Source of the DNA: Caldimonas sp. | Lineage (GTDB): Bacteria; Pseudomonadota; Gammaproteobacteria; Burkholderiales; Burkholderiaceae_C | Direction: 5' to 3' | Length of the DNA stretch: 35,220 nucleotides | Assembly: GCA_039935975.1 (NCBI GenBank) | Contig: JBDTJD010000138.1 | Span: 1-35,220 of the forward strand | Shown here: one piece after another, positions 16,720 through 26,049 of the stretch | Position numbering within the stretch: the stretch's first letter is position 1 | How the letters are laid out: the number at the start of each line of letters is the position of its first letter | Program-made: the position numbers and the translations under genes | The notes under the pieces: generated by a model | Told to the model about the DNA's origin: nothing | Databases searched by the model: none | The model's input: the letters and a program-made list of their open reading frames with translations, nothing else

Positions 16720-18066
16720 TCACTTCGAAAGCCAGCCACCCCGGAAGCCCGCGGCGCGCAGCCCGCGGACGAAGGGCGGCGACTTGCGGGTCAGCGACCA
16801 GATCAGCCCGCTGCGGTAGTTCTCGATCATCAGCACCGTCGGCCCTTCGTTGATGCCGAAGTGGAACTTCGATATCCAGCCGACGCCGTTGCCATCGAGG
16901 CCGCCGAACATCGGATTGATGGAGGCCTTGAAGCCGTAGGGATTGGAGATCTCGACCTTCAGTCGCCGGAAGCTCATGACCGTCGGCAGCACGATGTCGG
17001 GCGCGAACGGAAGCGACGCGGCGACTGCCCAGGGCGCCAGCGTCCCGTCGTCGGGCCCGTAGGGAACGCCCCGCGCGAGGTAGTCGAAGAAGACCCGCTC
17101 GACGCCGTCGATCTTCCTGGTGAGCGGCCCCGGACCGTCGCTCGCGGTGATTCCCCAGCAGAGCTCGCCGATGTTGGCCAGGCCGAGCGGGTTGCGCATG
17201 CCGTACTGCTGCTGCACCTGCGTGGCGCGGCGACTGTTCTCGAAGTAGTCGCTTCGCTTGGCACGCATGAACGTGTCCTGGATGTCGCGAAAGTCGATCC
17301 AGACGTGCGAGAGCTGATGAATGAAGAGCGGCCCGGCGTAGAGGTACTCGATGTCGTAGACGGTCTTCCACTCGTAGGTCCGGCACCAGGCGTCGTAGCA
17401 CTCGCGACCGATCCCGTGCGTCCGCGAGCCCAGGGCCAGGACGTAGAGCACGAGTGCCTCGTCGTAGCCTTCCCAGCGATGCGGGATGAAGCCCGCGTCC
17501 GGTTCGGGTCGCCAGCCGTGGCAGATCGTCGTTTGACCCTGCAGCATCCAGTCCCACTCGACGCGCTCGTAGAGCGTCCGGGCCAGCGACCGGATCTCTC
17601 GTTCGTCGCGGGACTTGCCGTTGAAGTACTGCGCAGCGGCGAGAGCGCCGGCGATGAAGAGCGCCGTGTCGATGCTGGAGAGTTCGCTTTTCCAGGCCCG
17701 CTTGCCGCTGCCCATGTGCAGAAAGTGATAGTAGAAGCCCTTGTAGCCGGTCGCATCCGGCGACATGCTCTGCTCGCTTGCGGCGAAGAAGCGCAAGGTC
17801 GTCAGCGTGCGCTCCGCCCCTTCTTTTCTCTCGATGAAGCCACGCTCGACGCCGACCGGGTAGCAGGTGAGCGCCATGCCGACGGCAGCGATGCTGGCCG
17901 GCCAGTCCTCCTCGGTCTTGTCGAGGACCAGGCCGTTCGCGCGGTTGACCTCGTGGAAGAAGTACCCGAAGGAATTCTTCTGCAGATCGTGCAGGAGACG
18001 GGCGTGTTCGGGTTGCTCCTTCAAGTTGCGAAATCCCATTCGATGCGAGTCAGGAAAGGACGCCAC
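16720..18066 (-). CDS. Glucoamylase-like (Glycoamylase / GH144-like beta-1,2-glucanase) glycoside hydrolase
   Basis: ASIAAVG, ELSSIDTALF, WEGYDEA, GPLFIHQLSHVWIDFR, WGITASDGP, DDGTLAP and GINEGP..LMIENYRSGLIW. No signal peptide. Start is GTG 18066 or ATG 18039. Confidence 0.75.
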   Translation of the reverse strand: MASFPDSHRMGFRNLKEQPEHARLLHDLQKNSFGYFFHEVNRANGLVLDKTEEDWPASIAAVGMALTCYPVGVERGFIERKEGAERTLTTLRFFAASEQSMSPDATGYKGFYYHFLHMGSGKRAWKSELSSIDTALFIAGALAAAQYFNGKSRDEREIRSLARTLYERVEWDWMLQGQTTICHGWRPEPDAGFIPHRWEGYDEALVLYVLALGSRTHGIGRECYDAWCRTYEWKTVYDIEYLYAGPLFIHQLSHVWIDFRDIQDTFMRAKRSDYFENSRRATQVQQQYGMRNPLGLANIGELCWGITASDGPGPLTRKIDGVERVFFDYLARGVPYGPDDGTLAPWAVAASLPFAPDIVLPTVMSFRRLKVEISNPYGFKASINPMFGGLDGNGVGWISKFHFGINEGPTVLMIENYRSGLIWSLTRKSPPFVRGLRAAGFRGGWLSK

Positions 18067-18179
18067 GACGGCGGTCGGCCGGACGAATCCGGCGTGCGAA
18101 TCCTACTGCGGGGCGCTCCGCTTCGAGCGGTGCCTCGCAACGAGATGTCTCCCATCAACAGGGCTCGACCCTGCGAGCC

Positions 18180-18203
18180 CGCTATAGTCGGCCGTGCATT
18201 TCG
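18180..18203 (+). promoter_or_regulatory. Possible degenerate ModE box upstream of modA
   Basis: CGCTATAGT-N6-TGCATTTCG versus consensus CGnTATATA-N6-TATATAnCG. Good left half, weak right half, 16 nt before the modA ATG. Confidence 0.35.
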
Positions 18204-18219
18204 CTCGTCGCCGCTTTTG

Positions 18220-19002
18220 ATGCCGAAACTCGCCAAAGCCGCTGCTCGATACGGCGGCGCCCGGGCGACTCTCGTCGCAATCGTCCTGGCCGCGGCGAGC
18301 GTCGCGACGAGGGCGGGCGACCTCACCGTCTCGGCCGCTGCCAGCCTTGCCAACGCGTTCAAGGACATCGGCACCGCGTTCGAGAAGGCCAACCCCGGCA
18401 CGCAGGTGCTTCTCAACTTCGCCGCCTCGGGCGCCTTGCTGCAGCAGATCGCCAAGGGCGCCCCGGTCGACGTCTTCGCCAGCGCCGACCAGGAGACGAT
18501 GAACCAGGCCGAGCAGCGGCAGCTCGTCGAGCCGGCGATGCGCGTCAATTTCGCGAGCAATTCGCTCGTCGTCGTCGTGCCTCGCGACGCGGCGACCGTG
18601 CCCGGGTCGCTCGCCGACCTCACCGCTCCCTCGATCCGCCGAGTCGCGATCGGCGTGCCGGCGAGCGTGCCCGTCGGCCGCTATACCAAGGCGGTTCTCG
18701 AGGCGGCCAATCTCTGGCCGGCGATCGAGGCCAGGATGATCGGCGCCCAGAGCGTTCGCCAGGCGCTCGACTACGTCGCCCGCGGCGAGGTCGATGCCGG
18801 CTTCGTCTACGGGACCGACGCGGCGATCATGCCGGACAAGGTCAGGCTGGCCTTCACGGTCCCCACCGACCGGCCGGTGCTCTATCCGATCGCCCCCGTG
18901 GCCGCCGCGCAGAACATGGCGGCAGCGAAGAAGTTCGTCGCCTTCGTCGCGTCGCCGGCGGGCCAGGCGATCCTCGCCCGCTACGGGTTCGGCAAGCCGT
19001 AG
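18220..19002 (+). CDS. modA: Molybdate ABC transporter periplasmic binding protein
   Basis: LTVSAAASL, NFAASGALLQQIAKGAPVDVFASAD, SVPVGRY and GEVDAGFVYGTDA. Confidence 0.93.
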   Translation: MPKLAKAAARYGGARATLVAIVLAAASVATRAGDLTVSAAASLANAFKDIGTAFEKANPGTQVLLNFAASGALLQQIAKGAPVDVFASADQETMNQAEQRQLVEPAMRVNFASNSLVVVVPRDAATVPGSLADLTAPSIRRVAIGVPASVPVGRYTKAVLEAANLWPAIEARMIGAQSVRQALDYVARGEVDAGFVYGTDAAIMPDKVRLAFTVPTDRPVLYPIAPVAAAQNMAAAKKFVAFVASPAGQAILARYGFGKP

Positions 19003-19008
19003 GCGCTC

Positions 19009-19683
19009 GTGGAGCCGGCATGGATTGCGCTCGGGCTGTCGCTGAAGGTGGCGCTCTGGGCGACGGCCATCGACATCGTCTTCGGCGTCGCCGCGGGATT
19101 CGCGCTGGCGCGCTACCGCTTTCCCGGCCGCGAGCTCGTCGACTCGATCCTGCTGCTGCCGATGGTGCTGCCGCCGACGGTGCTCGGCTACTACCTGCTG
19201 GTCGTCGTGGGGCGGCGCGGCTGGCTCGGCGGCTGGCTCGAACGCACCTTCGGCATCCATCTCATCTTCACGTGGCAGGGGGCCGTGCTTGCCGCGTCGG
19301 TGGTCGCCTTTCCGTTCGTCTGCAAGTCGGCCCGGGCGGCGTTCGAGAACGTCGACCCGCAGCAGGAGCAGGCGGCCAAGGTGCTCGGCCTCGCGGCGCC
19401 GGCGATCTTCCTGCGCGTGACGCTGCCGCTCGCCTGGCGCGGAATCCTCGCCGGCGTGCTGCTCGCCTTCGCGCGCGCGCTCGGCGAGTTCGGCGCGACG
19501 CTGATGGTCGCGGGCAGCATTCCCGGCAAGACGCAGACGCTCTCGATCGCGGTCTACGAGGCGGTTCAGGCCGGCCAGGACGATCTCGCGAACGGGCTCG
19601 TGCTGCTCACGTCGGTGACCTGCGTCGTCGTCCTGCTGATCGCGGGGCGCATCGCGCCGGCGCGGATTCCGGGACGCTCATGA
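19009..19683 (+). CDS. modB: Molybdate ABC transporter permease
   Basis: LSLKVA, LPMVLPPTVLGYYLL and FARALGEFGATLMVAGSIPGKTQTL. Confidence 0.95.
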   Translation: MEPAWIALGLSLKVALWATAIDIVFGVAAGFALARYRFPGRELVDSILLLPMVLPPTVLGYYLLVVVGRRGWLGGWLERTFGIHLIFTWQGAVLAASVVAFPFVCKSARAAFENVDPQQEQAAKVLGLAAPAIFLRVTLPLAWRGILAGVLLAFARALGEFGATLMVAGSIPGKTQTLSIAVYEAVQAGQDDLANGLVLLTSVTCVVVLLIAGRIAPARIPGRS

Positions 19684-19693
19684 GGCCGACGCG

Positions 19694-20374
19694 ATGAGGT
19701 GGGACATCGCCATCCGCAAGTCGATGGGCGCCGGCGCTCAGCCGTTCGTGCTCGACCTGGCGTTCACGAGCGACCGGATGCGGCTCGTCCTGTTCGGTCC
19801 CTCGGGCGCCGGCAAGACGCTGACGCTGAAAGCGATCGCCGGGCTGCTCACGCCCGACCAGGGCCGCATCGTCTTCGATGGCCAGACGCTCTTCGACTCG
19901 AAGGCCGGGGTCGACGTCGCGGCCCGACGTCGCGGGCTGGCCTACCTGTTCCAGGAGTACGCGCTCTTCCCGCACCTCACCGTCCGGCAGAACGTCGCCT
20001 TCGGCCTCGACACCGGACTGCGCAATCCCGGTCGACACGTCGTCAGCGAAGTCGCCGATCGCTGGCTCGAAGCCCTCGAGCTTCAGGCGCTCGGCCACCG
20101 CTATCCCGACCAGCTCTCGGGCGGTCAGCGCCAGCGCACCGCGGTCGCTCGCGCCCTTGCGGCCGGTGCCCGCGCGCTGCTCCTCGACGAGCCGTTCGCG
20201 GCCCTCGACCAGTCGCTGCGCAGCCGGCTGCGCGCCGAACTCGCCGACCTGCAGGAGCGTCTCGCGATCCCGATCCTGCTCATCACCCACGACGTCGCCG
20301 ACGTGGAGGCCTTCGCCGACGAGGTCGTGCACATCGAAGGCGGCCGCATCCCGTCGGCCGTGGCGATCGCGTAG
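19694..20374 (+). CDS. modC: Molybdate ABC transporter ATPase (short, no TOBE domain)
   Basis: GPSGAGKT, FQEYALFPHL, LSGGQRQR, LLLDEPF and ITHD, directly after modB. Confidence 0.9.
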   Translation: MRWDIAIRKSMGAGAQPFVLDLAFTSDRMRLVLFGPSGAGKTLTLKAIAGLLTPDQGRIVFDGQTLFDSKAGVDVAARRRGLAYLFQEYALFPHLTVRQNVAFGLDTGLRNPGRHVVSEVADRWLEALELQALGHRYPDQLSGGQRQRTAVARALAAGARALLLDEPFAALDQSLRSRLRAELADLQERLAIPILLITHDVADVEAFADEVVHIEGGRIPSAVAIA

Positions 20375-20397
20375 GGTGCTTTCCCGAAACCCCAGCC

Positions 20398-20850
20398 TCA
20401 ACGCGTCGAGCGTGATGGTCGGCGTTGTCCACCCGCAGCGATGGGGGCGGCGCTCGATCGGCCGGGCGACTCGATGAGGCCGGTCAGGGTCGCGATGTCT
20501 TTTGCGCACGCCGCGTTCGCGTCGGACTCGATCTTCCGGTAGGTCCGCACCACGAGCTCGCCGACCGTGGTGAGCTCGCTGCCGCCGCCGCGGTCGCCGC
20601 CGATCGCCGAGGCGACGGCGGGCTTTTTCAGCGAACGGTTGACCTCGTCGACGAGCATCCAGGCGCGCCGGTACGACATCCCCATCGCCTTGGCCGCCGC
20701 GGTGATCGAACGCGTGTCGCGGATCGACTCGAGCAGCTCGATCTTGCCTGGCCCGATCGCGATCGATTCGCCCGACATCACCCGCATCCGGAAGCGCGCG
20801 ACGGGGGCGCCTCGGCGAGGCTTCGGTGGAGAGCGGTCTGCCTTGGTCAT
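20398..20850 (-). CDS. modE: ModE-family winged-helix regulator (N-terminal DNA-binding domain only)
   Basis: IAIGPGKIELLESI...SITAAAKAMGMSYRRAWMLVDEVN...GGDRGGGSELT. Confidence 0.85.
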   Translation of the reverse strand: MTKADRSPPKPRRGAPVARFRMRVMSGESIAIGPGKIELLESIRDTRSITAAAKAMGMSYRRAWMLVDEVNRSLKKPAVASAIGGDRGGGSELTTVGELVVRTYRKIESDANAACAKDIATLTGLIESPGRSSAAPIAAGGQRRPSRSTR

Positions 20851-20874
20851 GGTGTGGCTCGGCGCCGATTGGCG

Positions 20875-21666
20875 CTATCGCCTGGCGACGCGCCCCTTGA
20901 CCGCATTGGCGCGGGCGCTGCAGATGATGCGGCCCGTGTCGTCGGCGACCCAGCGGGCGCGCAGCCGATCCTGCAGCAACGCCACATCGGCCGGCGTCAT
21001 CGCGGCGACGCGAGGCGCGACGCGCGGGCCGGTCTGCGCGATGCGCCAGAACTCTTCGAAGCTCGCGTAGGTGCGCTGCACGGAGATGGTTCGCGTCTCG
21101 ACGTCGATCAGCCCGGCGTCCTGCCACAGCGCTCTCATCGCCTCGAGCCGCGAGGCCTCGACGCTCGGCGGCAACAGGACGGGCGAGCCGAGGGCGACCA
21201 GCTCCTGCGACACGGCGGCGAACGGGAAGCCGCCGCCGAGCATGTCCCAGGCGTATGCCGAGACGCTGCCGCCGGGCCCGACGACGCGGACCATCTCGGC
21301 GACGCCCTTGGCGGGATCCGGCACGAAGAAGATGACGAGCGCCATGACGGCCGCGTCGAAGCTGCCGTCGGCGAAGGGCAGGGCCATCGCGTCGCCGACC
21401 CGGCAGGTGGCGACACTGCCGGCGAGACGCTGGCGCGCGAAGGCGATCTGCTCCGGCGAAGGATCGATGCCCTGCACCTCGACCGGCGCACAGCGCTCGA
21501 CCAGCATCTCGGTGAACACGCCGTTGCCGCAGCCGACGTCGACCCAGCGCTGCCCGGGCCCGGACGCCAGCCACTGCAGGAAGACGTCGCCGACGAGCTG
21601 GCTCCACCTGCCCATGAAGCCCTCGTAGGCGGCACCGTCGTCGAAGCGGATCTGCGGCGTGTCCAT
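20875..21666 (-). CDS. Class I SAM-dependent methyltransferase
   Basis: AYEGFMGRWS, WVDVGCGNG, GIDPS and GDAMALPFADGSFDAAV. Confidence 0.9.
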   Translation of the reverse strand: MDTPQIRFDDGAAYEGFMGRWSQLVGDVFLQWLASGPGQRWVDVGCGNGVFTEMLVERCAPVEVQGIDPSPEQIAFARQRLAGSVATCRVGDAMALPFADGSFDAAVMALVIFFVPDPAKGVAEMVRVVGPGGSVSAYAWDMLGGGFPFAAVSQELVALGSPVLLPPSVEASRLEAMRALWQDAGLIDVETRTISVQRTYASFEEFWRIAQTGPRVAPRVAAMTPADVALLQDRLRARWVADDTGRIICSARANAVKGRVARR

Positions 21667-21797
21667 CGCGCGAGGTTAGTCGAATCGCCTCTGACGGCGG
21701 CGCGACTTTCACCAGCCGCTCAGCCGACTCCGATCTGGCACGTCCGGGTCGATCGTTCGACCGCGCTGCGCGGGTCGCGGGTCGCGGGAGTGCGACC

Positions 21798-22244
21798 CTA
21801 GGCCGCTTCAGCGATCGCGGCGAGCTTCGCCGTGGCGTCGCGCTTGCCCATCCCGCGCAACGAGGCGATCGCAGGCAGGTGGCGCGCCGAGGGACGGGCC
21901 TTGCCCTGTTCCCAGTTGTAGATCGATTGCGACGACGCACCGACGAGCGCACCGCACTCGGCCGCCGAGAGGCCGAGACGGTTGCGCAGCGAGAGCAGGC
22001 CTTTCGCGCTGAAGCGACGCAGGCCGGCGCCTGCTTCTTCCGTCGACGCGGCCTCCGGGGCGGCGCGCTGGCCGCGACCGAGGCGGCGCACGGTCTGCTC
22101 GAGCGCCAGCACGCGCTGCTTCAGGGCGGCGATCTCCTTGCGATGTGCAGTGACGGTCTTTTTCGTCGTCAGCACTTCGGCGCGGATCTCCTTGCGGGAG
22201 ACGCGAGAAATCTCGCTCTTGAGGATGGATGCGATATTGGGCAT
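21798..22244 (-). CDS. XRE-family HTH protein with N-terminal coiled coil
   Basis: MPNIASILKSEISRVSRKE coiled coil, then RFSAKGLLSLRNRLGLSAAECGALVGASSQSIYNWEQGKARP (HTH_3). Confidence 0.85.
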   Translation of the reverse strand: MPNIASILKSEISRVSRKEIRAEVLTTKKTVTAHRKEIAALKQRVLALEQTVRRLGRGQRAAPEAASTEEAGAGLRRFSAKGLLSLRNRLGLSAAECGALVGASSQSIYNWEQGKARPSARHLPAIASLRGMGKRDATAKLAAIAEAA

Positions 22245-22467
22245 GTGGCGGATTGTGAAGCACCCGGATTGGGTTTTCGAAGCGAAGGCAAACGGAGCCT
22301 CGCCCCGCGGATCGAGAACTGGCGCGGCGTGGCCACGACAGCCGATGCCGTGCAGGGCATCCGGGCCCGATATTAGTCGGGCCGGGAATTGTTCGCGTGC
22401 CGCCCGTCCATGTGCGGGCAAGGGTCGCTGCGGGCGCGCAATGCGAGCTCCGCCTGCGGTCCGCCGG

Positions 22468-24435
22468 TCAACGCATGGCCGGTGCCGGATCGACGACCGG
22501 TGTCGACGCCGACTGCGCCTCGGCCGACGACCCCCGGCGCGCCGAGGCGTCGGCGACGGCTTCGACGTCGACGCTGACGTGGCCGGGCAGCCCTTCGCCC
22601 GTCCCCTGGTCGGGCAGGAAGCCGCCCGACTGGTGCTTCCACAGCATCGCGTAATGGCCGCCAAGCCGGAGCAGCTCGTCGTGCGTACCCTGCTCGACGA
22701 TGCGGCCCTGGTCGAGGACGACGAGCCGGTCCATGCGCGCGATCGTCGACAGGCGGTGGGCGATGGCGATCACGGTCTTGCCGCGCATCAGGGTGGCAAG
22801 CTGCTCCTGGATCGCGAGCTCGACCTCGCTGTCGAGCGCCGAGGTCGCCTCGTCGAGGATGAGGATCGGTGCGTCCTTGAGGATCACGCGGGCGAGGGCG
22901 ACACGCTGGCGCTGGCCGCCCGAAAGCTTGACGCCGCGCTCGCCGACGTGCGCCTCGTAGCCGCTGCGCTCCTTCCAGTCGGCGAGGTCGACGATGAAGT
23001 CGTGCGCCTGCGCCTGCCGCGCCGCCGCCTCGATCTCGTCGGCCGTCGCGCCGGGCCGGCCGTAGGCGATGTTGGCGGCGATGGAGCGATGCAGCAGCGA
23101 CGTGTCCTGCGTCACCATGCCGATCGCCGCGCGCAGGCTTTCCTGGGTCGCCTGGCCGATGTCCTGGCCGTCAATGCGGATCGAGCCCTGCTCGACCTCG
23201 TGAAAGCGCAGGAGCAGGTTGACGAGCGTCGACTTGCCCGCGCCCGAACGGCCGACCAGGCCGATGCGCTCGCCCGGCGCCACCACGAGGTTCAGATCGT
23301 CGAGGACGCGCCTTCCGTCGGCACGGCCGTACGTGAAGGTGAGGTGCTCGATCCGGATCTCGCCGCGCGGCACCTCGAGCTCGCGCGCATCCGGCCTGTC
23401 GACGAGGCTGTGCGGCACGGCGATCGTCTCCATGCCTTCCTGGACGATGCCGATGTTCTCGAAGATGCCGGTCACCTCCCAGCTCACCCAGCCCGAGACG
23501 TTGGCGATCTGCCAGGCCAGCGGCAACGCGGTGGCGACGATGGCCGCGCCGATCGCGCCCTGGGACCAGAGGACGATGCCGATCGCCGCCGTCGTCACCA
23601 GGAGCAGCGCGTTCATGACCGCCAGAGTGGCCATGAAGCGCGTGATCACGCGCATGTGCGCAGCGATCGCGGCCGTGTGCTGGTCGATCACGTCGCGCAC
23701 GTGGGCATCCTCGTCGCGGGCGCGCGCGAAGAGCTTGACGGTGAGGATGTTGGTGTAGCTGTCGACGACCCGGCCCATCACGTGCGAGCGCACTTCCGAT
23801 GAGGCCTTGGCGAGGTCGCGCATGCGCGGCACGAAATAGGACAGGAAGAAGACGTAGCCTGTGGCCCAGCAGGCGGTCGGCACGGCGAGGCGCCAGTCGG
23901 CAAACGTCATCAGGACGAGCGTGCTGATCCCGTAGACCGCGATGTACCAGATCGCGCGGATGCTCGAGACGACGCACTCGCGCACCGCATTGCCGGTCTG
24001 CATCACCCGATTCGCGATGCGCCCGGCGAAGTCGTTCTGGAAGAACGGCCAGCTCTGGCGAACGACGTGCCAGTGGCTCTGCCAGCGGATCAGGCTGGTC
24101 ACGCCCGGCACGACGGCGTTGTTGCGCACCAGGCTGTCGGCGAGGATCGCGAGCGGCCGGCCGATGAGCACGAGCAGCGCCATGGCGATCAGCCCGACCT
24201 TCGCATCGTCGACGGCGCCGACCCGGTCGCTCGACTGCATCAGGCCGACGAGCTTGCCGATGAAGACCGGGATCGTGGTGTCGATCAGCGCCACCGCCAG
24301 GCCGGTGGCGAACATCGCCGCGTAGAGGCCGCGGGTCTGGCGCACGAAGTGCCAGTAGAAGGCGATCAGGCCCGGCGGCGGCGGCGCGACGGGCAGCCGC
24401 GTCGGCCGGATGCGACGCTCGAAGTAGCTGAACAT
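22468..24435 (-). CDS. ABC exporter, fused permease + ATPase (MdlB/multidrug-like)
   Basis: Six-TM domain, FFQNDFAGRIA, GRSGAGKST, VGERGVKLSGGQRQR, ILDEATSALD and IAHRLST. Confidence 0.92.
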   Translation of the reverse strand: MFSYFERRIRPTRLPVAPPPPGLIAFYWHFVRQTRGLYAAMFATGLAVALIDTTIPVFIGKLVGLMQSSDRVGAVDDAKVGLIAMALLVLIGRPLAILADSLVRNNAVVPGVTSLIRWQSHWHVVRQSWPFFQNDFAGRIANRVMQTGNAVRECVVSSIRAIWYIAVYGISTLVLMTFADWRLAVPTACWATGYVFFLSYFVPRMRDLAKASSEVRSHVMGRVVDSYTNILTVKLFARARDEDAHVRDVIDQHTAAIAAHMRVITRFMATLAVMNALLLVTTAAIGIVLWSQGAIGAAIVATALPLAWQIANVSGWVSWEVTGIFENIGIVQEGMETIAVPHSLVDRPDARELEVPRGEIRIEHLTFTYGRADGRRVLDDLNLVVAPGERIGLVGRSGAGKSTLVNLLLRFHEVEQGSIRIDGQDIGQATQESLRAAIGMVTQDTSLLHRSIAANIAYGRPGATADEIEAAARQAQAHDFIVDLADWKERSGYEAHVGERGVKLSGGQRQRVALARVILKDAPILILDEATSALDSEVELAIQEQLATLMRGKTVIAIAHRLSTIARMDRLVVLDQGRIVEQGTHDELLRLGGHYAMLWKHQSGGFLPDQGTGEGLPGHVSVDVEAVADASARRGSSAEAQSASTPVVDPAPAMR

Positions 24436-24493
24436 CGGCCGATTTTCGCTGCTGTCGCGCGGCGCCGCCGAAGGGCGCCGCGTTCGCGGGAGC

Positions 24494-25105
24494 CTACCTG
24501 GCGGGCGCGATGCTCGCGAGCCAGGCCGCCATCTCGTCGCCGATCAGGCCCAGCCCGACGCGAAAGCCCTGCACCGCGCCGGCGGCATCGAACGACGCGG
24601 CGGGCACGGCGGTCGTGAAGGTGCGACGCGCGAGGAGCACGTGCTTCGCCGGCTCGCGCAGTTCGGCCGCGACGACGATCTTCGCCGTGCCGGGGCTCGA
24701 CGACGCGTCGTGGTAGATCTCGAGCAGCTGCGTCGCGAGGACGAGGCTGCCGCGCACGCCGGCGCCGGCAATTGCCACGGTGCGAAAGAGGCGGGCGTTG
24801 TCGATCCGCTCGACGAGGGCGCGCGTCATGGCGACTTCCGGCGGCTCGGTCCAGCTGCTGAACTGGTAGTAGGCGCGCACCCCTTCGGCCTTGCTGTAGG
24901 CCATCTCCTGGGTCGCGTAGAACGAGGCGGCGACGGTCGGCAGCACGAGCAGGGTGGCATCGATCCTGGCCGGCGCCGACGCGGGCGCGGCAGGCGCAGC
25001 GGAGGCCGGCGCGTCGAGCACGAAATAGCGAAACGGCTCGTGCGGACTGGAGCCGGCGCAGCCGGCAAGCAGCAGCAACGAGGCTGCGAGCAAGAGGGCC
25101 TTCAT
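24494..25105 (-). CDS. ABC-type transport auxiliary lipoprotein (PqiC-like)
   Basis: Lipobox LLLAGC, RYFVL and YYQFSSWTEPP. ATGA overlap with the MCE gene. Confidence 0.8.
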   Translation of the reverse strand: MKALLLAASLLLLAGCAGSSPHEPFRYFVLDAPASAAPAAPASAPARIDATLLVLPTVAASFYATQEMAYSKAEGVRAYYQFSSWTEPPEVAMTRALVERIDNARLFRTVAIAGAGVRGSLVLATQLLEIYHDASSSPGTAKIVVAAELREPAKHVLLARRTFTTAVPAASFDAAGAVQGFRVGLGLIGDEMAAWLASIAPAR

Positions 25106-26049
25106 CGCTTCCCCTCGCCGGGCCCCATGTTCTCGGCCGCCGGGCCGAAGACGGCGGCGCGCGGATCGCTGAGCTTGCGCGCCGTGGTGCCGAGCGCGGC
25201 CGCGGTCGCGCGCAGCTGCTGGCTGGTCGAGCGCAATTCGAGCTCGCTGTTGCCGAGGAGCGTTTCGGACGCGTCGGCGATGTGCGAGAGGTCGCTGGTA
25301 ACACGCGTGGCCGAGCTGGTGACCTCGCGCAGGCTGGCCCGTACTTCGCTGCCGAGTCCGTCAACCGTGAGGGCGACGCGGTGGACGTCACCACCGAGCT
25401 GCTGGAGCGAGACACGCGCCTGATCCGATGTCCGCGCCACGGAGTCGACGGCGCGCTCGAGGTGGTCGACCGTCGCGCCCGCGTGCTTCGTCAGGTCCTG
25501 CAGGTTGACCAGGGTCGCGCCGATCGCCGCCGTGTTGTCGGGCGAAAGCAGGGCGGAGATGCGCCGCATCGTCTCGTCGGCGCGCGCCGCCAGCTCGTTC
25601 GCGGTGTCGGAGAACTGCTGCAGCTGCGACGAGCCCTCGGCGATGACCGGATTCGGGTCACCGCTCTCGCTGCGCTCGACGAGCGGGCTGGTCTCGTCGT
25701 CGTTGACGAGGCGGATGCTCGCCAGGCTGGTGACGAGGTTGCGGTCGACGACCGCCCGCGTGCTCGTGCGCACCGGCGCCTTGGGCGAGATGCCGATCGA
25801 CACCTCGACCGTCCCCGGCCGCTTCGTCGAGAAGGCGAAGCCGGTGACGGCGCCGACGCGGATGCCCTTCATGCGCACGTCGCTGCGCACCTCGAGACCT
25901 TCCAGCGACTGCTTGGCGAAGTAGATCGTGTAGCCCTGCACCTCCTGTCGCTGGCCGCTCGCGAGCAGCCAGACGATGACCGCGGCGAGCAGGCCGACGA
26001 GGACAAGCGCCGAGGCGCCGACGAGCGTGTACTTGGCTTCGGGTTCCAT
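25102..26049 (-). CDS. MCE/MlaD-family protein with helical extension
   Basis: MEPEAKYTLVG, TM helix, SLEGLEVRSDVRMKGIRVGAV, then a long coiled-coil region. Confidence 0.88.
   Translation of the reverse strand: MEPEAKYTLVGASALVLVGLLAAVIVWLLASGQRQEVQGYTIYFAKQSLEGLEVRSDVRMKGIRVGAVTGFAFSTKRPGTVEVSIGISPKAPVRTSTRAVVDRNLVTSLASIRLVNDDETSPLVERSESGDPNPVIAEGSSQLQQFSDTANELAARADETMRRISALLSPDNTAAIGATLVNLQDLTKHAGATVDHLERAVDSVARTSDQARVSLQQLGGDVHRVALTVDGLGSEVRASLREVTSSATRVTSDLSHIADASETLLGNSELELRSTSQQLRATAAALGTTARKLSDPRAAVFGPAAENMGPGEGKR

Noticed and set aside
16861-19002. 713-aa ModA fusion
   Set aside because: The N-terminal part is the antisense shadow of the glycoside hydrolase gene. ModA begins near 18220.
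21771-21788. Short CGGGTCG tandem repeat
   Set aside because: About 2.5 copies of a GC-rich heptamer with no spacers. It is not a CRISPR, REP or VNTR of note.
21798-22244. XRE protein as an antitoxin or prophage repressor
   Set aside because: There is no adjacent toxin, integrase or phage gene, so it appears to be a stand-alone regulator.
24458-24482. 9-bp GC hairpin CGCGGCGCC-N7-GGCGCCGCG as an intrinsic terminator
   Set aside because: There is no U-tract on the transcribed minus strand, and such stems arise easily at this GC content.
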